A stretch of DNA of 64,000 bases from an uncultured Gaiellales bacterium (GTDB lineage: Bacteria > Actinomycetota > Thermoleophilia > RBG-16-64-13). A model generated the notes under the pieces. It saw nothing but the letters and a program-made list of their open reading frames with translations, was not told the DNA's origin and ran no database searches. Positions within the stretch are counted from its first letter, which is position 1; every line of letters begins with the position of its first letter. The DNA lies in the NCBI GenBank assembly GCA_964399135.1, contig CAYNPL010000011.1, positions 28,539 through 92,538 on the forward strand, in the 5' to 3' direction. A program made the translations under genes and the position numbers. Positions 18,423-29,395 of this stretch are shown piece after piece.

Positions 18423-20096
18423 ATGGAGGTTGAGGTGACACTGGCAGGACTTCCGATAGACGAACGGGAGATGGTCCTCGACCTCGTGGAGCAGATCCAC
18501 GAGCGCATGCTGCCCCCGGAGAAGCTCCGGGCCTGGGATCAGGACGAGGTTTTCCCCGAAGACGTCATCCGGGAGTTGCTCGGGCCCAAGATCGGCCTGC
18601 AGTTGCTCTTCATCCCCGAAGAGTACGGCGGCATGGGCGGCGGAGCCCGTGATGTGGCCGCCGTGTCTGAAGCCATGGCCCGCATCTGCCTGGGTGTCGG
18701 CACCGCCTTCCTCGCCATCCACCTGGGCACCGACCCCATCCTGGTGGGCGCCACCGCCGAGCAGAAGGCGAAGTGGCTGGGCCGTTTGGCCGCCGGGGAG
18801 GCCATCGTGGCGTACGCCGCCACCGAGCCGGAGGCCGGCAGCAACCTGGCCGCGCTGAAGACCACCGCCACGCCGGTCACCGACAGCGAGGGCAGGGTCA
18901 CAGCCTATCGCATCAACGGGAGCAAGCAGTTCATCTCCAACGGCAGCTACGCCGACTTCCTCACCGTTCTCGCGCAAACGCGGGAGGGACCGTCTTTCTT
19001 CATCGTCGAGAAAGGCATGCCCGGCTTCACTCCCGGCAGACCGGAAGAGAAGCACGGCATCCGTGCCTCCAACACGGCTGCTCTGGCCTTCGATGACGTG
19101 CTCGTCCCCGCCGAGAACCTGGTGGGCGGCGTGCCGGGCCGAGGTCTGGCTCAGGCCAACGAGGTGTTCGGCTACACCCGCCTCATGGTCGCGGCCTTCG
19201 GTTTGGGAGCGGCCTCTTCGGCCCTGGAGAAGGCCATCGCCTACGCCCACCAGCGCATCCAGTTCGGCTCACCCCTCATCGAGAAGCAGGGCTACACGCA
19301 CAAGCTTCTCCTGCCCTACGTGGCCAGGTTGGCGGCGGCCAGGGCCTACATCGAGGAAGTCGCCCTGCGCCTCGATTCGGGCGAGACCGACCTCGAGGTC
19401 GAAGGCTCGCTGGCCAAGCTTTTCACCACCGAGGTGGGCAACGCCTGCGCCGATGCGGCCATCCAGGCTCTGGGCGGCTACGGCTACACCCGCGAATACG
19501 ACGTGGAGAAGATCAAGCGAGACATCAAGATCCTCACCATCTACGAGGGCACCAGCGAGATCCAACAGCTCATCATCAGCACGTTCCGCTGGCGTTCTTC
19601 GATCCAATCCAAGGGCGGTTTCTACGAGGCCATGGCCGCCCGCATGGACGAGGTGGCCGCAGCCCGGCCGGATGTCAAAGCGGCGGTCTTCGCCGGGGTC
19701 CTCCGCCTGCTCAACCGGCTGTTCGTGGAGGCGCACCGCACCAAGGCCACCCGCCAGCAGCACGTGATGTTCAAGCTGGCCGCGCTCGCGGCGGTCGCCG
19801 AGACCGGCGCCGCTCTTGCCGAGAAGATCGCCCGCGGCGATGATCGTCCCGCCTCGCACGACGATTATCTCGCCTTGTGCGCGCGCGTTGACGCGGCGTA
19901 CGCCGCCCAGGAGGCGTGGGCGGCGGCAGCCGAGCTCCTCTACGGCACCGGTCTGTGGACCGGCGAAGAGGCCCAGGCGGCGCTCGCCTCCTCCGGTCTG
20001 GACCTTCCCGGGTCGCAGGCCGGCCTCGTGGCCGACCTGGACGCTCTGCGCGCCCTGATGGCCTCTCCCGGTTTTGCCGCCCTGCTCCGGGCCTAG
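18423..20096 (+). CDS. acyl-CoA dehydrogenase family protein with ~170-aa Ala-rich C-terminal extension
   Basis: 557 aa; ACAD N/middle/C domains (YGGMGG, TEPEAGSNLAALKTTA, GGYGYTREYDVEKIKRDIKILTIYEGTSEIQ) followed by extra domain after residue ~390. Confidence 0.8.
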   Translation: MEVEVTLAGLPIDEREMVLDLVEQIHERMLPPEKLRAWDQDEVFPEDVIRELLGPKIGLQLLFIPEEYGGMGGGARDVAAVSEAMARICLGVGTAFLAIHLGTDPILVGATAEQKAKWLGRLAAGEAIVAYAATEPEAGSNLAALKTTATPVTDSEGRVTAYRINGSKQFISNGSYADFLTVLAQTREGPSFFIVEKGMPGFTPGRPEEKHGIRASNTAALAFDDVLVPAENLVGGVPGRGLAQANEVFGYTRLMVAAFGLGAASSALEKAIAYAHQRIQFGSPLIEKQGYTHKLLLPYVARLAAARAYIEEVALRLDSGETDLEVEGSLAKLFTTEVGNACADAAIQALGGYGYTREYDVEKIKRDIKILTIYEGTSEIQQLIISTFRWRSSIQSKGGFYEAMAARMDEVAAARPDVKAAVFAGVLRLLNRLFVEAHRTKATRQQHVMFKLAALAAVAETGAALAEKIARGDDRPASHDDYLALCARVDAAYAAQEAWAAAAELLYGTGLWTGEEAQAALASSGLDLPGSQAGLVADLDALRALMASPGFAALLRA

Positions 20097-20114
20097 GGTA
20101 GAGGAGGACCAGCC

Positions 20115-21173
20115 GTGGACGACCTCGCCGCCCTGCTCCGCCTGTTCGCCGACGCCCACGGGCTGTCCGGCTATGAGGACGACGTGGCCGCCCTGCTCAA
20201 GCGGGAGATGGAACCGCTGGTGGACGAGGTGCGCATCGACGCCATGGGCAACGTCATCGGTGTTCGGGCCGGCACCGGCCCCGCGGTCATGGTGGCTGCG
20301 CACATGGACGAGATCGGCCTGATGGTTCGCCACGTGGACGAAGACGGCTACCTACGGGTGGTCTCGGTCGGAGGCTGGTTCGATCAGACCATCCTCAGCC
20401 AGCGCGTGATAATCCACGGCCGCGACGGCAAGAAGCTGGCCGGGGTGGTCGGATCCCGTCCTCCTCATCTGATGGATGCCGACGAGCGCAAGAAGATGGT
20501 CAAGCTCAAGGACATGTTCGTGGATTGCGGTGCCACCAGCGCCGCCGACGCCGCCGAGATGGGCGTGGAAGTCGGCTCTCCCATCACCATCGACCGTGAG
20601 CTGCGGCCGCTGGGCAACGACTTCGTCACCGGCAAGGCTTTGGACAACCGGGCCGGCGTGGTGATGATGCTCTCCGCGCTCCAGCGTCTGCAGGGTCGTG
20701 AGGTCAAGGCCACTATCCAGGCTGTCGGCACCGTGCAGGAGGAGGTGGGCCTGAAGGGGGCCCGTACCAGCGCGTACGGCCTCTCTCCCGATGTGGCCCT
20801 TGCCACCGACGTGACCATCCCCGGCGACCACCCAGGCGTCTCCAAGAACGAGGCCTCCGTGGTGGCGGGCAAGGGACCGTCCATCACCATTCTCGACGCT
20901 GCAGGCCGTGGGGTCATCGCTCCGCGACCGGTGGTGCGCTGGCTGCGGGAGACAGCTGAGGCAGAGCAGATACCCTACCAGCTCAACGTGGGGGACGGCG
21001 GCAACACCGACGCCACCGCCATCAGCATCAGCAAGGCCGGCATCCCCTGCAGCGTCATCAGCATACCCGCCCGCTACATCCACTCGCCGGTGGAAGTGCT
21101 GTCGCTGCGTGATCTCGAGCACGGCGCCGCCCTCATCGCCGCCGCCATCAGGTCGGCGCACAAGTACTTCTAG
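20115..21173 (+). CDS. M42 family metallopeptidase (glutamyl aminopeptidase/FrvX-like)
   Basis: 352 aa; M42 motifs HMDEIGLMV, GKALDNRAG, SPVEVLS. Confidence 0.85.
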   Translation: MDDLAALLRLFADAHGLSGYEDDVAALLKREMEPLVDEVRIDAMGNVIGVRAGTGPAVMVAAHMDEIGLMVRHVDEDGYLRVVSVGGWFDQTILSQRVIIHGRDGKKLAGVVGSRPPHLMDADERKKMVKLKDMFVDCGATSAADAAEMGVEVGSPITIDRELRPLGNDFVTGKALDNRAGVVMMLSALQRLQGREVKATIQAVGTVQEEVGLKGARTSAYGLSPDVALATDVTIPGDHPGVSKNEASVVAGKGPSITILDAAGRGVIAPRPVVRWLRETAEAEQIPYQLNVGDGGNTDATAISISKAGIPCSVISIPARYIHSPVEVLSLRDLEHGAALIAAAIRSAHKYF

Positions 21174-21189
21174 TCCGGGCCCGGACGCC

Positions 21190-22557
21190 CTACTCCCGGG
21201 CTCTCTGGGCCCGTCCCCAGGCGGCGGCGGCTCGCGCGATCTCGCCCGCCATCGAAGGAGGCACCCTGCCCTTCACGCGGACATCCTCGTCCCGGTATTC
21301 GAAGGCGACCGTACCCCGCTCCCGCACCCGGGCCAGCAGTTCGCCGGCTGAGTAGGGCACGTTCAGGTCCACCTCCAGCCACAGCTCTGCCAGCACCTCG
21401 GCCATGGCGCTCTTGAGGGCTTCGACCCCCTGGCCCCGCAGCGCCGACACGCGCACCACGTGCAGGTCGTCCCGCCTCAACACGCCGGCCGGCTGCAACG
21501 CGGATCCTGCCACCACATCGGTCTTGTTCAGGCACACCACCCGAGGCTTGTGACCGGCCCCCAGCTCGTCAAGCACGGTCTGAACGGTATGCCGGTGCTC
21601 GGCGACGTGGCGATCGGCCAGATCGACCACTTCGAGCAGGGCGTCGGCCCGGGACACCTCCTCTAGGGTGGCCTGGAACGCCTCTACCAGTTGGTGGGGC
21701 AGCTTGTGGATGAAGCCCACCGTGTCACTCACGATGACCGTCTGCCCGTCCCGCAGACGGACCCTGCGGGTGGTGGGGTCGAGGGTGGCGAACAGCATGT
21801 CCTCGGCATAGGCGGCATCCTCACCCACCAGAGCGTTCAGAAGAGTAGATTTGCCGGCATTGGTGTAGCCGACGATGGCGATGGTGGGCAGCAGCCGCCG
21901 GTCCCGGGCCCGGGCGGCGGTCTCCCGCCTGCGCCTGACCTCTTCCACCCGTTCCCGCGTCTTCTTGATGCGCTGGCGGATGACCCGGCGGTCGGTCTCG
22001 AGCTGGGTCTCCCCGGGGCCCCGGGTGCCGATGCCGCCGCCGGTGCGAGATAAGTGGGTCCACAGCCGGGTCAGCCGCGGCAGTTGATACTCCAGTTGGG
22101 CCAGTTCCACCTGGATGCGTCCCTCGTGGGTGTGGGCGCGCTGGGCGAAGATATCGAGGATGACCCCGCTGCGGTCGAGCACCTTCACGTCGAGCAGCTC
22201 TTCCAGGGACCTCTGCTGCTTGGGAGAGAGTTCGTCGTCGGCCACCAGCAGAGAGAAGCCGGTGGCGCTCTTGGCCGCCTTGAGCTCCTCCGCTTTCCCC
22301 TTACCCAGGTACCACACCGGGTGCATGGACTCCCGTTTCTGCTCCACGGTGCCCACCACCTCCGCCCCGGCCGTCTCCACCAGCGCCGCCAGCTCGCGCA
22401 GGGACTCAGCGGCCGTCCACCCGTCCGGGTCGCCGGCTTCCACGGCTATCAGGAAGGCCCGCTCCCGCCCTTCCGGGCGCGCCGGCCTCCGGCCGCCGGC
22501 TGGGGTCCCGCCTCCCCCGGTGGGATCCGCCGGTGGACGGGCGCCGTCGCCGCTCAT
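21190..22557 (-). CDS. hflX: GTPase HflX
   Basis: Start MSGDGARP at 22557 overlapping uvrA stop (ATGA); HflX N-domain, [16 protein letters not shown]1 [10 protein letters not shown]3 DTVGF, G4 NKTD. Confidence 0.88.
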   Translation of the reverse strand: MSGDGARPPADPTGGGGTPAGGRRPARPEGRERAFLIAVEAGDPDGWTAAESLRELAALVETAGAEVVGTVEQKRESMHPVWYLGKGKAEELKAAKSATGFSLLVADDELSPKQQRSLEELLDVKVLDRSGVILDIFAQRAHTHEGRIQVELAQLEYQLPRLTRLWTHLSRTGGGIGTRGPGETQLETDRRVIRQRIKKTRERVEEVRRRRETAARARDRRLLPTIAIVGYTNAGKSTLLNALVGEDAAYAEDMLFATLDPTTRRVRLRDGQTVIVSDTVGFIHKLPHQLVEAFQATLEEVSRADALLEVVDLADRHVAEHRHTVQTVLDELGAGHKPRVVCLNKTDVVAGSALQPAGVLRRDDLHVVRVSALRGQGVEALKSAMAEVLAELWLEVDLNVPYSAGELLARVRERGTVAFEYRDEDVRVKGRVPPSMAGEIARAAAAWGRAQRARE

Positions 22558-25430
22558 CGAGCCCCCGCCCCGGCCAGAGACTCCGTCGGACCGCACACCG
22601 GCAAGACTCGTCTGAGCACCTTGCCCGTCTCACTGGCCGGGTTACCACAGATCTCTTCCGGGGTCCCGGCCGCGATCAGTTCGCCACCGGCGTCGCCCCC
22701 TTCCGGGCCCAGGTCAATCAGCCAGTCGGCGCACTTGATCACGTCGAGATTGTGCTCGATGACCAATACCGTGTTCCCGGAGTCCACCAGGCGCTGGAGC
22801 ACTTCCAGGAGCTTCTCCACGTCGGCGAAATGGAGCCCGGTGGTGGGCTCGTCCAGGATGTAGAGGGTGTTGCCGGTGGCGATCTTCGCCAGCTCCGTGG
22901 CCAGTTTGACCCTCTGGGCCTCGCCCCCCGACAACGTGGTAGAAGGCTGCCCCAGCTTGATGTAGTCCAGACCTACGTCGGCCAGAGTGCGCAGCCGCCG
23001 GCTGATCTTGGGCTGGTTGGCGAAGAACTCCACCGCCTCCTCCACGCTCATGTCCAGCACCTCAGCCACGTTCTTGCCCTTGAACCGCACCTCGAGGGTC
23101 TCCCGGTTGTAGCGCTTGCCTTGGCAGACCTCGCAGGGCACATAGACGTCGGGCAAGAAGTGCATCTCTATCTTGAGGGTGCCATCGCCCTTGCAGGCCT
23201 CGCACCGCCCCCCCTTGACGTTGAAGCTGAAGCGCCCCGGGCTGTAGCCGCGCACCCGCGACTCCTGGGTCTGCGAGAACAGCTCGCGGATGTGATCGAA
23301 CACTCCGGTGTAGGTGGCCGGATTGGAGCGGGGCGTCCTCCCTATGGGTGACTGGTCGATGTTGATGACTTTGTCCAGCTGCTCGATGCCGTCGATGCGG
23401 TCGTGGTCGCCCGGACGAACCGGCACCCGGTTGACCAGGTTGGACAGACTCCGGAAGATGATGTCGTTGACCAGGGTGGACTTGCCCGAGCCCGACACCC
23501 CGGTCACGCAGACGAATAGACCGGTGGGCACGGCCACGTCAAGGTTCTTGAGGTTGTGCTCGCGGGCCCCCCTCACCACGAACTCGCTGCGCGCCTGCCG
23601 CCGCCTCCCGGGTACGGCGATGGACCGTGCCCCGGAGAGGAACCGGCCGGTGACCGACCGCGGCTCCGCCAGGATGTCGGCCAGCGAACCGCTTGCCACC
23701 ACCTCCCCGCCGTGCTCGCCCGCGCCCGGCCCCATGTCGACGATGTGGTCGGCCGACCGCATGGTCTCTTCGTCATGCTCCACCACGATGACCGTGTTAC
23801 CCAGGTCCCGCAGCCGCAGCAGGGTGTCAATCAGTCGACGGTTGTCGCGCTGGTGCAGCCCTATGGAGGGCTCGTCCAGGATGTAGAGGACCCCCACCAG
23901 GCTGGAGCCGATCTGGGTGGCCAGGCGGATCCGCTGAGCCTCGCCCCCCGAGAGGGTACCCGCGCTCCGGTGTAGGCTGAGATAACCCACCCCGACCGCC
24001 TCCAAGAACGTGAGCCGTTCCCGGATCTCTTTCAGCACCCGGCTCCCGATCAGGCGTTCCCGCTCCGCCAGGCGGAGCTCGTCCAGGAAGCGGATGGCCT
24101 CAATCACCGAGAGGCGGCTCAACTCGTAGATATTGAGACCCCCGACGCGGACCGCGAGCGTCGGCGGCTTTAGCCGGGCTCCGTTGCAGGCGGGGCAGGG
24201 CCGGTCGGCCATGTATTCCTCGATCTTGTCGCGCATGTACTCGGAGTCGGTCTCCCGGTAGCGCCTCTCCAGATTGGGGATGAGCCCCTCGAAGGTGGTC
24301 ATGTAGCTGCGCTTGAGCCCCGCCCGGTTGACGTAGGAGACGTAGAGCCGATCACCTCGGGTGCCGTACAAGAATACGTCGCGGACCTCCTGGGGCAGGT
24401 CGCGCCAGGGAGTGGAGAGGTCGAATTGATAGCGCTCGGCCACGGCCTTGATGATCTGCTCGTAGTACCTGGAGCTGCTGCCGCTCCAGGGAAGAAGGAC
24501 GCCCTCCGCCAGAGACAGCGAAGGATCGCCCACCACCAGGGCCGGGTCGATCTCCCGCCTGGCCCCCAGGCCGCCGCAGGTCTCACAGGCGCCGTGAGGC
24601 GAGTTGAACGAGAAGATGCGGGGAGCCATCTCGGGAAGGGAGACGCCGTGCTCAGGGCAGGCCAGGTTCTCAGAGAAGAGCAGGCTGGTGGGCGGCCCTC
24701 CGTCTGCGGGGTACACGTCCACCAGCAGAAGCCCGTGGGCCTCGGACAGAGCGGTCTCGATGGAGTCAGACAGACGCCGGCGCACCCCTTCCTTCATCAC
24801 CAAGCGGTCCACCACCACGCTGACGTCGTGGCGGACGTTCTTATCGAGTTCGGGCAGTTCCTCGTCCAGGCTGTACTGGCGGCCGTCGATCTCCACCCGG
24901 GTGAAACCTTCCTGGCGGACGTGTTCGAGGATGTCCCTGTGCCAGCCCTTCTGCCCCCGCACCACCGGCGCTTTGACCGTGAAGCGGGTGTCGGGCTCGA
25001 GCCCCATGATCTGGTCGACGATCTGCTCCTTGCTCTGCCCCTCGATGGGGCGACCGCAGATCCAACAGTGGGGGTGGCCGATGCGGGCGTAGAGCAACCT
25101 CAGGTAGTCGTAGATCTCGGTCACCGTGCCCACTGTGGACCGCGGGTTGCGCGAGGTCGTCTTCTGGTCGATGGAGATGGCCGGAGAGAGTCCTTCGATG
25201 GAATCCACGTCAGGCTTGTTCATCTGACCCAGGAACTGGCGGGCGTAGGCCGACAGACTCTCCACGTAGCGGCGCTGCCCTTCGGCATAGATGGTGTCGA
25301 ACGCCAGGCTCGATTTCCCCGAGCCCGACAGCCCGGTGATGACTATGAACTTGTCCCGCGGCAGCGAAAGGGAGACGTCCTTGAGGTTATGCTCCCGGGC
25401 TCCCAGGATGACGATGCTGTCGGCTCCCAT
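22554..25430 (-). CDS. uvrA: excinuclease ABC subunit A
   Basis: 958 aa; two ABC ATPase modules ([20 protein letters not shown]), zinc-finger CxxC pairs. Confidence 0.95.
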   Translation of the reverse strand: MGADSIVILGAREHNLKDVSLSLPRDKFIVITGLSGSGKSSLAFDTIYAEGQRRYVESLSAYARQFLGQMNKPDVDSIEGLSPAISIDQKTTSRNPRSTVGTVTEIYDYLRLLYARIGHPHCWICGRPIEGQSKEQIVDQIMGLEPDTRFTVKAPVVRGQKGWHRDILEHVRQEGFTRVEIDGRQYSLDEELPELDKNVRHDVSVVVDRLVMKEGVRRRLSDSIETALSEAHGLLLVDVYPADGGPPTSLLFSENLACPEHGVSLPEMAPRIFSFNSPHGACETCGGLGARREIDPALVVGDPSLSLAEGVLLPWSGSSSRYYEQIIKAVAERYQFDLSTPWRDLPQEVRDVFLYGTRGDRLYVSYVNRAGLKRSYMTTFEGLIPNLERRYRETDSEYMRDKIEEYMADRPCPACNGARLKPPTLAVRVGGLNIYELSRLSVIEAIRFLDELRLAERERLIGSRVLKEIRERLTFLEAVGVGYLSLHRSAGTLSGGEAQRIRLATQIGSSLVGVLYILDEPSIGLHQRDNRRLIDTLLRLRDLGNTVIVVEHDEETMRSADHIVDMGPGAGEHGGEVVASGSLADILAEPRSVTGRFLSGARSIAVPGRRRQARSEFVVRGAREHNLKNLDVAVPTGLFVCVTGVSGSGKSTLVNDIIFRSLSNLVNRVPVRPGDHDRIDGIEQLDKVINIDQSPIGRTPRSNPATYTGVFDHIRELFSQTQESRVRGYSPGRFSFNVKGGRCEACKGDGTLKIEMHFLPDVYVPCEVCQGKRYNRETLEVRFKGKNVAEVLDMSVEEAVEFFANQPKISRRLRTLADVGLDYIKLGQPSTTLSGGEAQRVKLATELAKIATGNTLYILDEPTTGLHFADVEKLLEVLQRLVDSGNTVLVIEHNLDVIKCADWLIDLGPEGGDAGGELIAAGTPEEICGNPASETGKVLRRVLPVCGPTESLAGAGAR

Positions 25431-25470
25431 TGCTATGCGGATTCTAGCAGTTGCCCGAGAGGGGGCGGCC

Positions 25471-26592
25471 TCAAGCGAAGGCGGCCAGTCTGGCCTTGAG
25501 CCGGCGTATCTCCTCCCGCTGCGCCTCGATGGCCGGGTGGTCGCCGCCCGGCACCTTGCTGTGATAGAGGGCCAGGTTCATCTGCGCCCTCTGCAGCCGT
25601 TTGAGCACAACGCGCGCTCCCGGGCCTTTCTGCCGCTTCATCGCGCGCAAAGCCTTCCGCCGCCTCCGGCCGCTTCGCAAGATGGCGAACTCCTCCGCCG
25701 TCACCACGTCGCCGCCCACCTCCTCCGCCATCAGGCGGGCGAAGGCCTGGCTCTCTCTGCGCCGGGCGAAGACACCGACCAGGATCAGGAGGAGCAGAAA
25801 GGGCAGACCCTTGACGATGAGGGCCAGGACGAACGACCCGCTGCTGCGGCCCATCCAGCCGTCCAACCAGGGGGAGTTCCAGACGAAGTGAGCCGCCCAG
25901 GCCAGCGCCGCGAACAGCGCCAGCACTGCCAGCCTGCGCCGCCGGGGAACGACGTCCCGGCGGGTGACGTAGTAGGCGAACCCGAAGCCCATCAGACCGG
26001 AGAACAGCATGTGGCTGTAGAGCCCGGCCAGCACCACCCGCACGAAGAACATGCCGGCGACCGCCCCCAGTTGGCTTCCGGAGGACTCGGCCGCGGCCAG
26101 GATGAAATACTGCACGTTCTCGACCACCTGAAAGCCCAGGCCGATCATGGCTCCGTACACCAGGCCGTCCATGAGGCTGTCGAACTCTGTGCGGCTGATG
26201 AGGTAGAGCATCACCAGTCCGGCGGCCTTGTAGAACTCCTCGTTGAGCGGAGCCACCAGAGCCGCGCCCCAGGCGTCGACGATCCCGCCCGGAAGGACGT
26301 TCTGCAGGAACGTCAGCAGGGCCGAGTTGGATACCGCCGAGAAGGTCAGCGCCACCACCCCGCCCCACAGCAGCGCGATGGCGATGAGCGACGTCGGTTC
26401 GGGCTCGAACTGGTCCATGCGGTAGATGATCAACCCAGCCGGGAGAGCGGTGGCCGCCAGCAGCAGGACGGAGAGCAGCCACGCCCCCGGGTAGGAGCCC
26501 ACGTAGGCGAGTTGCTCGACGCCAACGATGAGGGCGCCCGCTGCCATGAGCAGTAAGAAGAGCCAGTAGGCGGGCTGCCGGACCAGGTTCAT
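25471..26592 (-). CDS. PrsW-family intramembrane glutamic metalloprotease with cytoplasmic Arg/Lys-rich C-terminal tail
   Basis: 373 aa, ~8 TM; EEFYK (EExxK motif), FxxxH-like [16 protein letters not shown], typical PrsW topology; C-terminal ~100 aa charged tail. Confidence 0.7.
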   Translation of the reverse strand: MNLVRQPAYWLFLLLMAAGALIVGVEQLAYVGSYPGAWLLSVLLLAATALPAGLIIYRMDQFEPEPTSLIAIALLWGGVVALTFSAVSNSALLTFLQNVLPGGIVDAWGAALVAPLNEEFYKAAGLVMLYLISRTEFDSLMDGLVYGAMIGLGFQVVENVQYFILAAAESSGSQLGAVAGMFFVRVVLAGLYSHMLFSGLMGFGFAYYVTRRDVVPRRRRLAVLALFAALAWAAHFVWNSPWLDGWMGRSSGSFVLALIVKGLPFLLLLILVGVFARRRESQAFARLMAEEVGGDVVTAEEFAILRSGRRRRKALRAMKRQKGPGARVVLKRLQRAQMNLALYHSKVPGGDHPAIEAQREEIRRLKARLAAFA

Positions 26593-27224
26593 CTTGGCAG
26601 CGTCAACCCGGCCAGCATGGCGTCGAGGTCCGCTTGCACCCGGGACAACTGCCCGAACGGGGCCACCGCGAGCATGAGGACCGCAGTGTCTCCGACCACC
26701 GCCGTGACCAGTTCACCCTCCAGCCGGGTGGACTCCGAGGTGCCGGAGAACAGCACGCTGCGGGCGGGCACCCCGTCCCCGATCGTCCGGTCGCCCGCCG
26801 GTAGCCCCCGGAACGACCCCAGCTCCTCCCGCAGGCTGTCGAGTTCGCGCTCCAACAGGTCCTCGCTGTCGCCCGGGTACTGCTCGGCCGCGAACGCCGC
26901 CAAGGCCCCTGACCGCTTGAACGAGACGGCGCCGGGCCCCACGTCCCAGACTGCGCCGGCGGGCGCCCATCCGGGCGCCGGCGTCACCGTCACTCCCCGG
27001 CCCAAATCCACCGGCGCTTGTTCGGACAGCGCCCCGCTGGAAGACAGGCCGGCGAGACCGGATGTGACCAGAAGCCAGACCACCATCAGAGCCGTCACCA
27101 GCAAGGGATACCGCCACCCCGAGCTCTGGGAGACAGGCCGGCCGCTCGGCGGGAAGGGACGGGGACGAGCCCCGCGCACGGTGTAGAGAGGAGACTGAAG
27201 ACCCGGGAGATCGTCCCCGGTCAT
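26589..27224 (-). CDS. hypothetical single-pass membrane-anchored protein (short cytoplasmic N-term, one TM, ~150-aa extracytoplasmic domain)
   Basis: 211 aa; ATG at 27224; TM LLVTALMVVWLLVTSGLAGL; 4-nt overlap with prsW-like gene. Confidence 0.55.
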   Translation of the reverse strand: MTGDDLPGLQSPLYTVRGARPRPFPPSGRPVSQSSGWRYPLLVTALMVVWLLVTSGLAGLSSSGALSEQAPVDLGRGVTVTPAPGWAPAGAVWDVGPGAVSFKRSGALAAFAAEQYPGDSEDLLERELDSLREELGSFRGLPAGDRTIGDGVPARSVLFSGTSESTRLEGELVTAVVGDTAVLMLAVAPFGQLSRVQADLDAMLAGLTLPR

Positions 27225-27255
27225 GCCGGCGTGCCCCGGTCGCCGTGAGCTGAGG

Positions 27256-27328
27256 TGGAGGTAAGGGGACTCGAACCCCTGGCCTCAACGCTGCCAGCGT
27301 CGCGCTCTCCCAGCTGAGCTATACCCCC
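27256..27328 (-). tRNA. tRNA-Ala (anticodon GGC)
   Basis: Minus-strand read GGGGGUAUAGCUCAGCUGGGAGAGCGCGACGCUGGCAGCGUUGAGGCCAGGGGUUCGAGUCCCCUUACCUCCA; G3:U70 Ala identity pair; anticodon loop CUGGCAG; CCA not encoded. Confidence 0.9.
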
Positions 27329-27414
27329 ACGAGCGGCCACGGATTATAACGGCTGCGGGTGGCCTATGCAACCGGACGACGCTGGGTCCGCTTTCCACCC
27401 CGGCGCCATCCCGC

Positions 27415-27852
27415 CTACTCCACTGTCTCGACCGGCGCCTGCTTCCACAGAACGTCGAGCCGGTAGAACTCCCGGGCTTCGGGGGTGAACACGTGGACTA
27501 TGAAATCCAGGTAATCGAGGAGGATCCAGTCGCCGCCCGCCGTGCCTTCCGAGCCGGCCGGCAACACGTGGAAGTCACGTTTGAGGCGAAAGCCCACCTC
27601 CTCCGCGATCCGCCGGGTGAGACGCACGTTTCGGCCGGTGCACACCACCAGATAGTCGGTGTAGCTGACCACTTCATGCATATCGAGCAGACGGACGTCC
27701 TCGGCCTTGACGTCGGCCGCCGCCCGCGCCGCCGCCAAGGCGCGCTGCTTCACCGTCTCCAGACCGCTGTCCCCGCTTGCAGCCGGGGGCCGGGGGCGTC
27801 TGGTCAGAGCCTCCAGGTCGGGGGCAGCCGCTGCCGCTTTAGAGCTCTCCAC
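27415..27852 (-). CDS. rsfS: ribosome silencing factor RsfS (Iojap family)
   Basis: 145 aa ORF; LDMHEVVSYTDYLVVCTGRN...ILLDYLDFIVHVF; real start may be internal. Confidence 0.8.
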   Translation of the reverse strand: MESSKAAAAAPDLEALTRRPRPPAASGDSGLETVKQRALAAARAAADVKAEDVRLLDMHEVVSYTDYLVVCTGRNVRLTRRIAEEVGFRLKRDFHVLPAGSEGTAGGDWILLDYLDFIVHVFTPEAREFYRLDVLWKQAPVETVE

Positions 27853-27855
27853 TTC

Positions 27856-29394
27856 TCACTCCCACTCGATGGTGGACGGGGGCTTGCTGGAGATGTCCAA
27901 CACCACCCGGTTGACGCCGGGTACCTCGTTGATGATGCGCTGGGATATCTGCTCCAGGAGGTCGTACGGCAGACGGGCCCAGTCGGCGGTCATGGCATCG
28001 TCGGAGGTGACGGCGCGGATGACGATGGGGTAGGCATAGGTGCGCTCATCGCCCATGACGCCCACACTGCGGATGGCCGGGAGCACGGCGAACGACTGCC
28101 AGAGCCGCCGGTAGTACCCACCCTTCTTGACCTCCTCCAGCAGGATGGCGTCGGCCTCGCGCAGGATGCGCAGGCGTTCCTCGGTGACGTCGCCGATGAT
28201 GCGGATGGCAAGACCGGGGCCGGGGAAGGGTTGGCGCCAGACCATGCTCTCGGGGAGCCCCAGCTCTTCGCCAACCACCCGCACCTCGTCCTTGAAGAGC
28301 ATGCGCAGCGGCTCCACCAGCTCGAAATCGATGTCCTCCGGCAAGCCCCCCACGTTGTGGTGCGACTTTATCTTGGCCGCCTCGCGGGTGCCCGATTCGA
28401 TGACGTCGGAATACAACGTCCCCTGGACCAGGAAGGCGGCCTTGCCCAGGGCGCGCGACTCCTCCTCGAAGGTGCGGATGAATTCCTCTCCGATGATCTT
28501 GCGCTTCTCCTCGGGGTCGGACACGCCCGCCAGCTTGCTCAGGAACCGTTCCTGCGCCCGCACGTGCACGAGGGGGACGTGGAAATGGCGACGGAAGGTG
28601 TCCTCCACTTCCTGGCCTTCGTCCTTGCGCATGAGACCGTGGTCGACGAAAATGCAGGTGAGCTGGTCTCCCACGGCCTTGTAGGTGAGCAGGGCGGCCA
28701 CCGCCGAGTCGACCCCGCCGGAGAGACCGCACACCACCCGTTCCCTGCCCACCTGCGCCCGGATGCGCTCGACCGCCTCCTCGATGATCGACACCGGGGT
28801 CCAGGTCGGGGCGATGTCGCACACCTTGTAGAGGAAGTTCTTAAGGATGTCCTGGCCGTATTCGGTATGCCGGACCTCGGGATGGAACTGTACGCCGTAC
28901 AACCGGGAGACCCGGTCCTCCATAGCCGCCACCGGCAGGTGCGGGCTGTGCGCCGTGGCCACGAAGCCCTCGGGCACCTGCAGCACCGAGTCGCCGTGAC
29001 TCATCCAGCAGGCCGTCTCCGCGGGAACGCCCGCGAACAGGTCTCCGGGCTCCACCACAGTCAGCGGCCTGCCCCCGTACTCGGCCAGGTCGGTCCTCGC
29101 CACCATCCCGCCCCTGAGCTTGGCGATCAGTTGCAGGCCGTAACAGATTCCCAAGACCGGTATTCCCAGCTCGAACAGGGCCGGGGCCGGCATGGGGGCG
29201 TCCGGGTCGTTCACGCTGCGGGGACCGCCCGACAAGATAAGGCCGGCAGGGCGTCTGGCTCGGATCTCCTCCAGCGGTGTGTCATAGGGGATGAGTTCGG
29301 AATACACCCGGCACTCCCTCACCCGCCGAGCGATCAGCTGGGCGTACTGCCCGCCGAAGTCGAGAACCAGCACCCGGCGCATGGCTTCGGACAC
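27856..29394 (-). CDS. guaA: glutamine-hydrolysing GMP synthase
   Basis: 512 aa; GATase1 N-domain (ICYGLQL), ATP-PPase SGGVDS motif, C-terminal dimerisation domain ending TIEWE. Confidence 0.95.
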   Translation of the reverse strand: MSEAMRRVLVLDFGGQYAQLIARRVRECRVYSELIPYDTPLEEIRARRPAGLILSGGPRSVNDPDAPMPAPALFELGIPVLGICYGLQLIAKLRGGMVARTDLAEYGGRPLTVVEPGDLFAGVPAETACWMSHGDSVLQVPEGFVATAHSPHLPVAAMEDRVSRLYGVQFHPEVRHTEYGQDILKNFLYKVCDIAPTWTPVSIIEEAVERIRAQVGRERVVCGLSGGVDSAVAALLTYKAVGDQLTCIFVDHGLMRKDEGQEVEDTFRRHFHVPLVHVRAQERFLSKLAGVSDPEEKRKIIGEEFIRTFEEESRALGKAAFLVQGTLYSDVIESGTREAAKIKSHHNVGGLPEDIDFELVEPLRMLFKDEVRVVGEELGLPESMVWRQPFPGPGLAIRIIGDVTEERLRILREADAILLEEVKKGGYYRRLWQSFAVLPAIRSVGVMGDERTYAYPIVIRAVTSDDAMTADWARLPYDLLEQISQRIINEVPGVNRVVLDISSKPPSTIEWE

Positions 29395-29395
29395 G

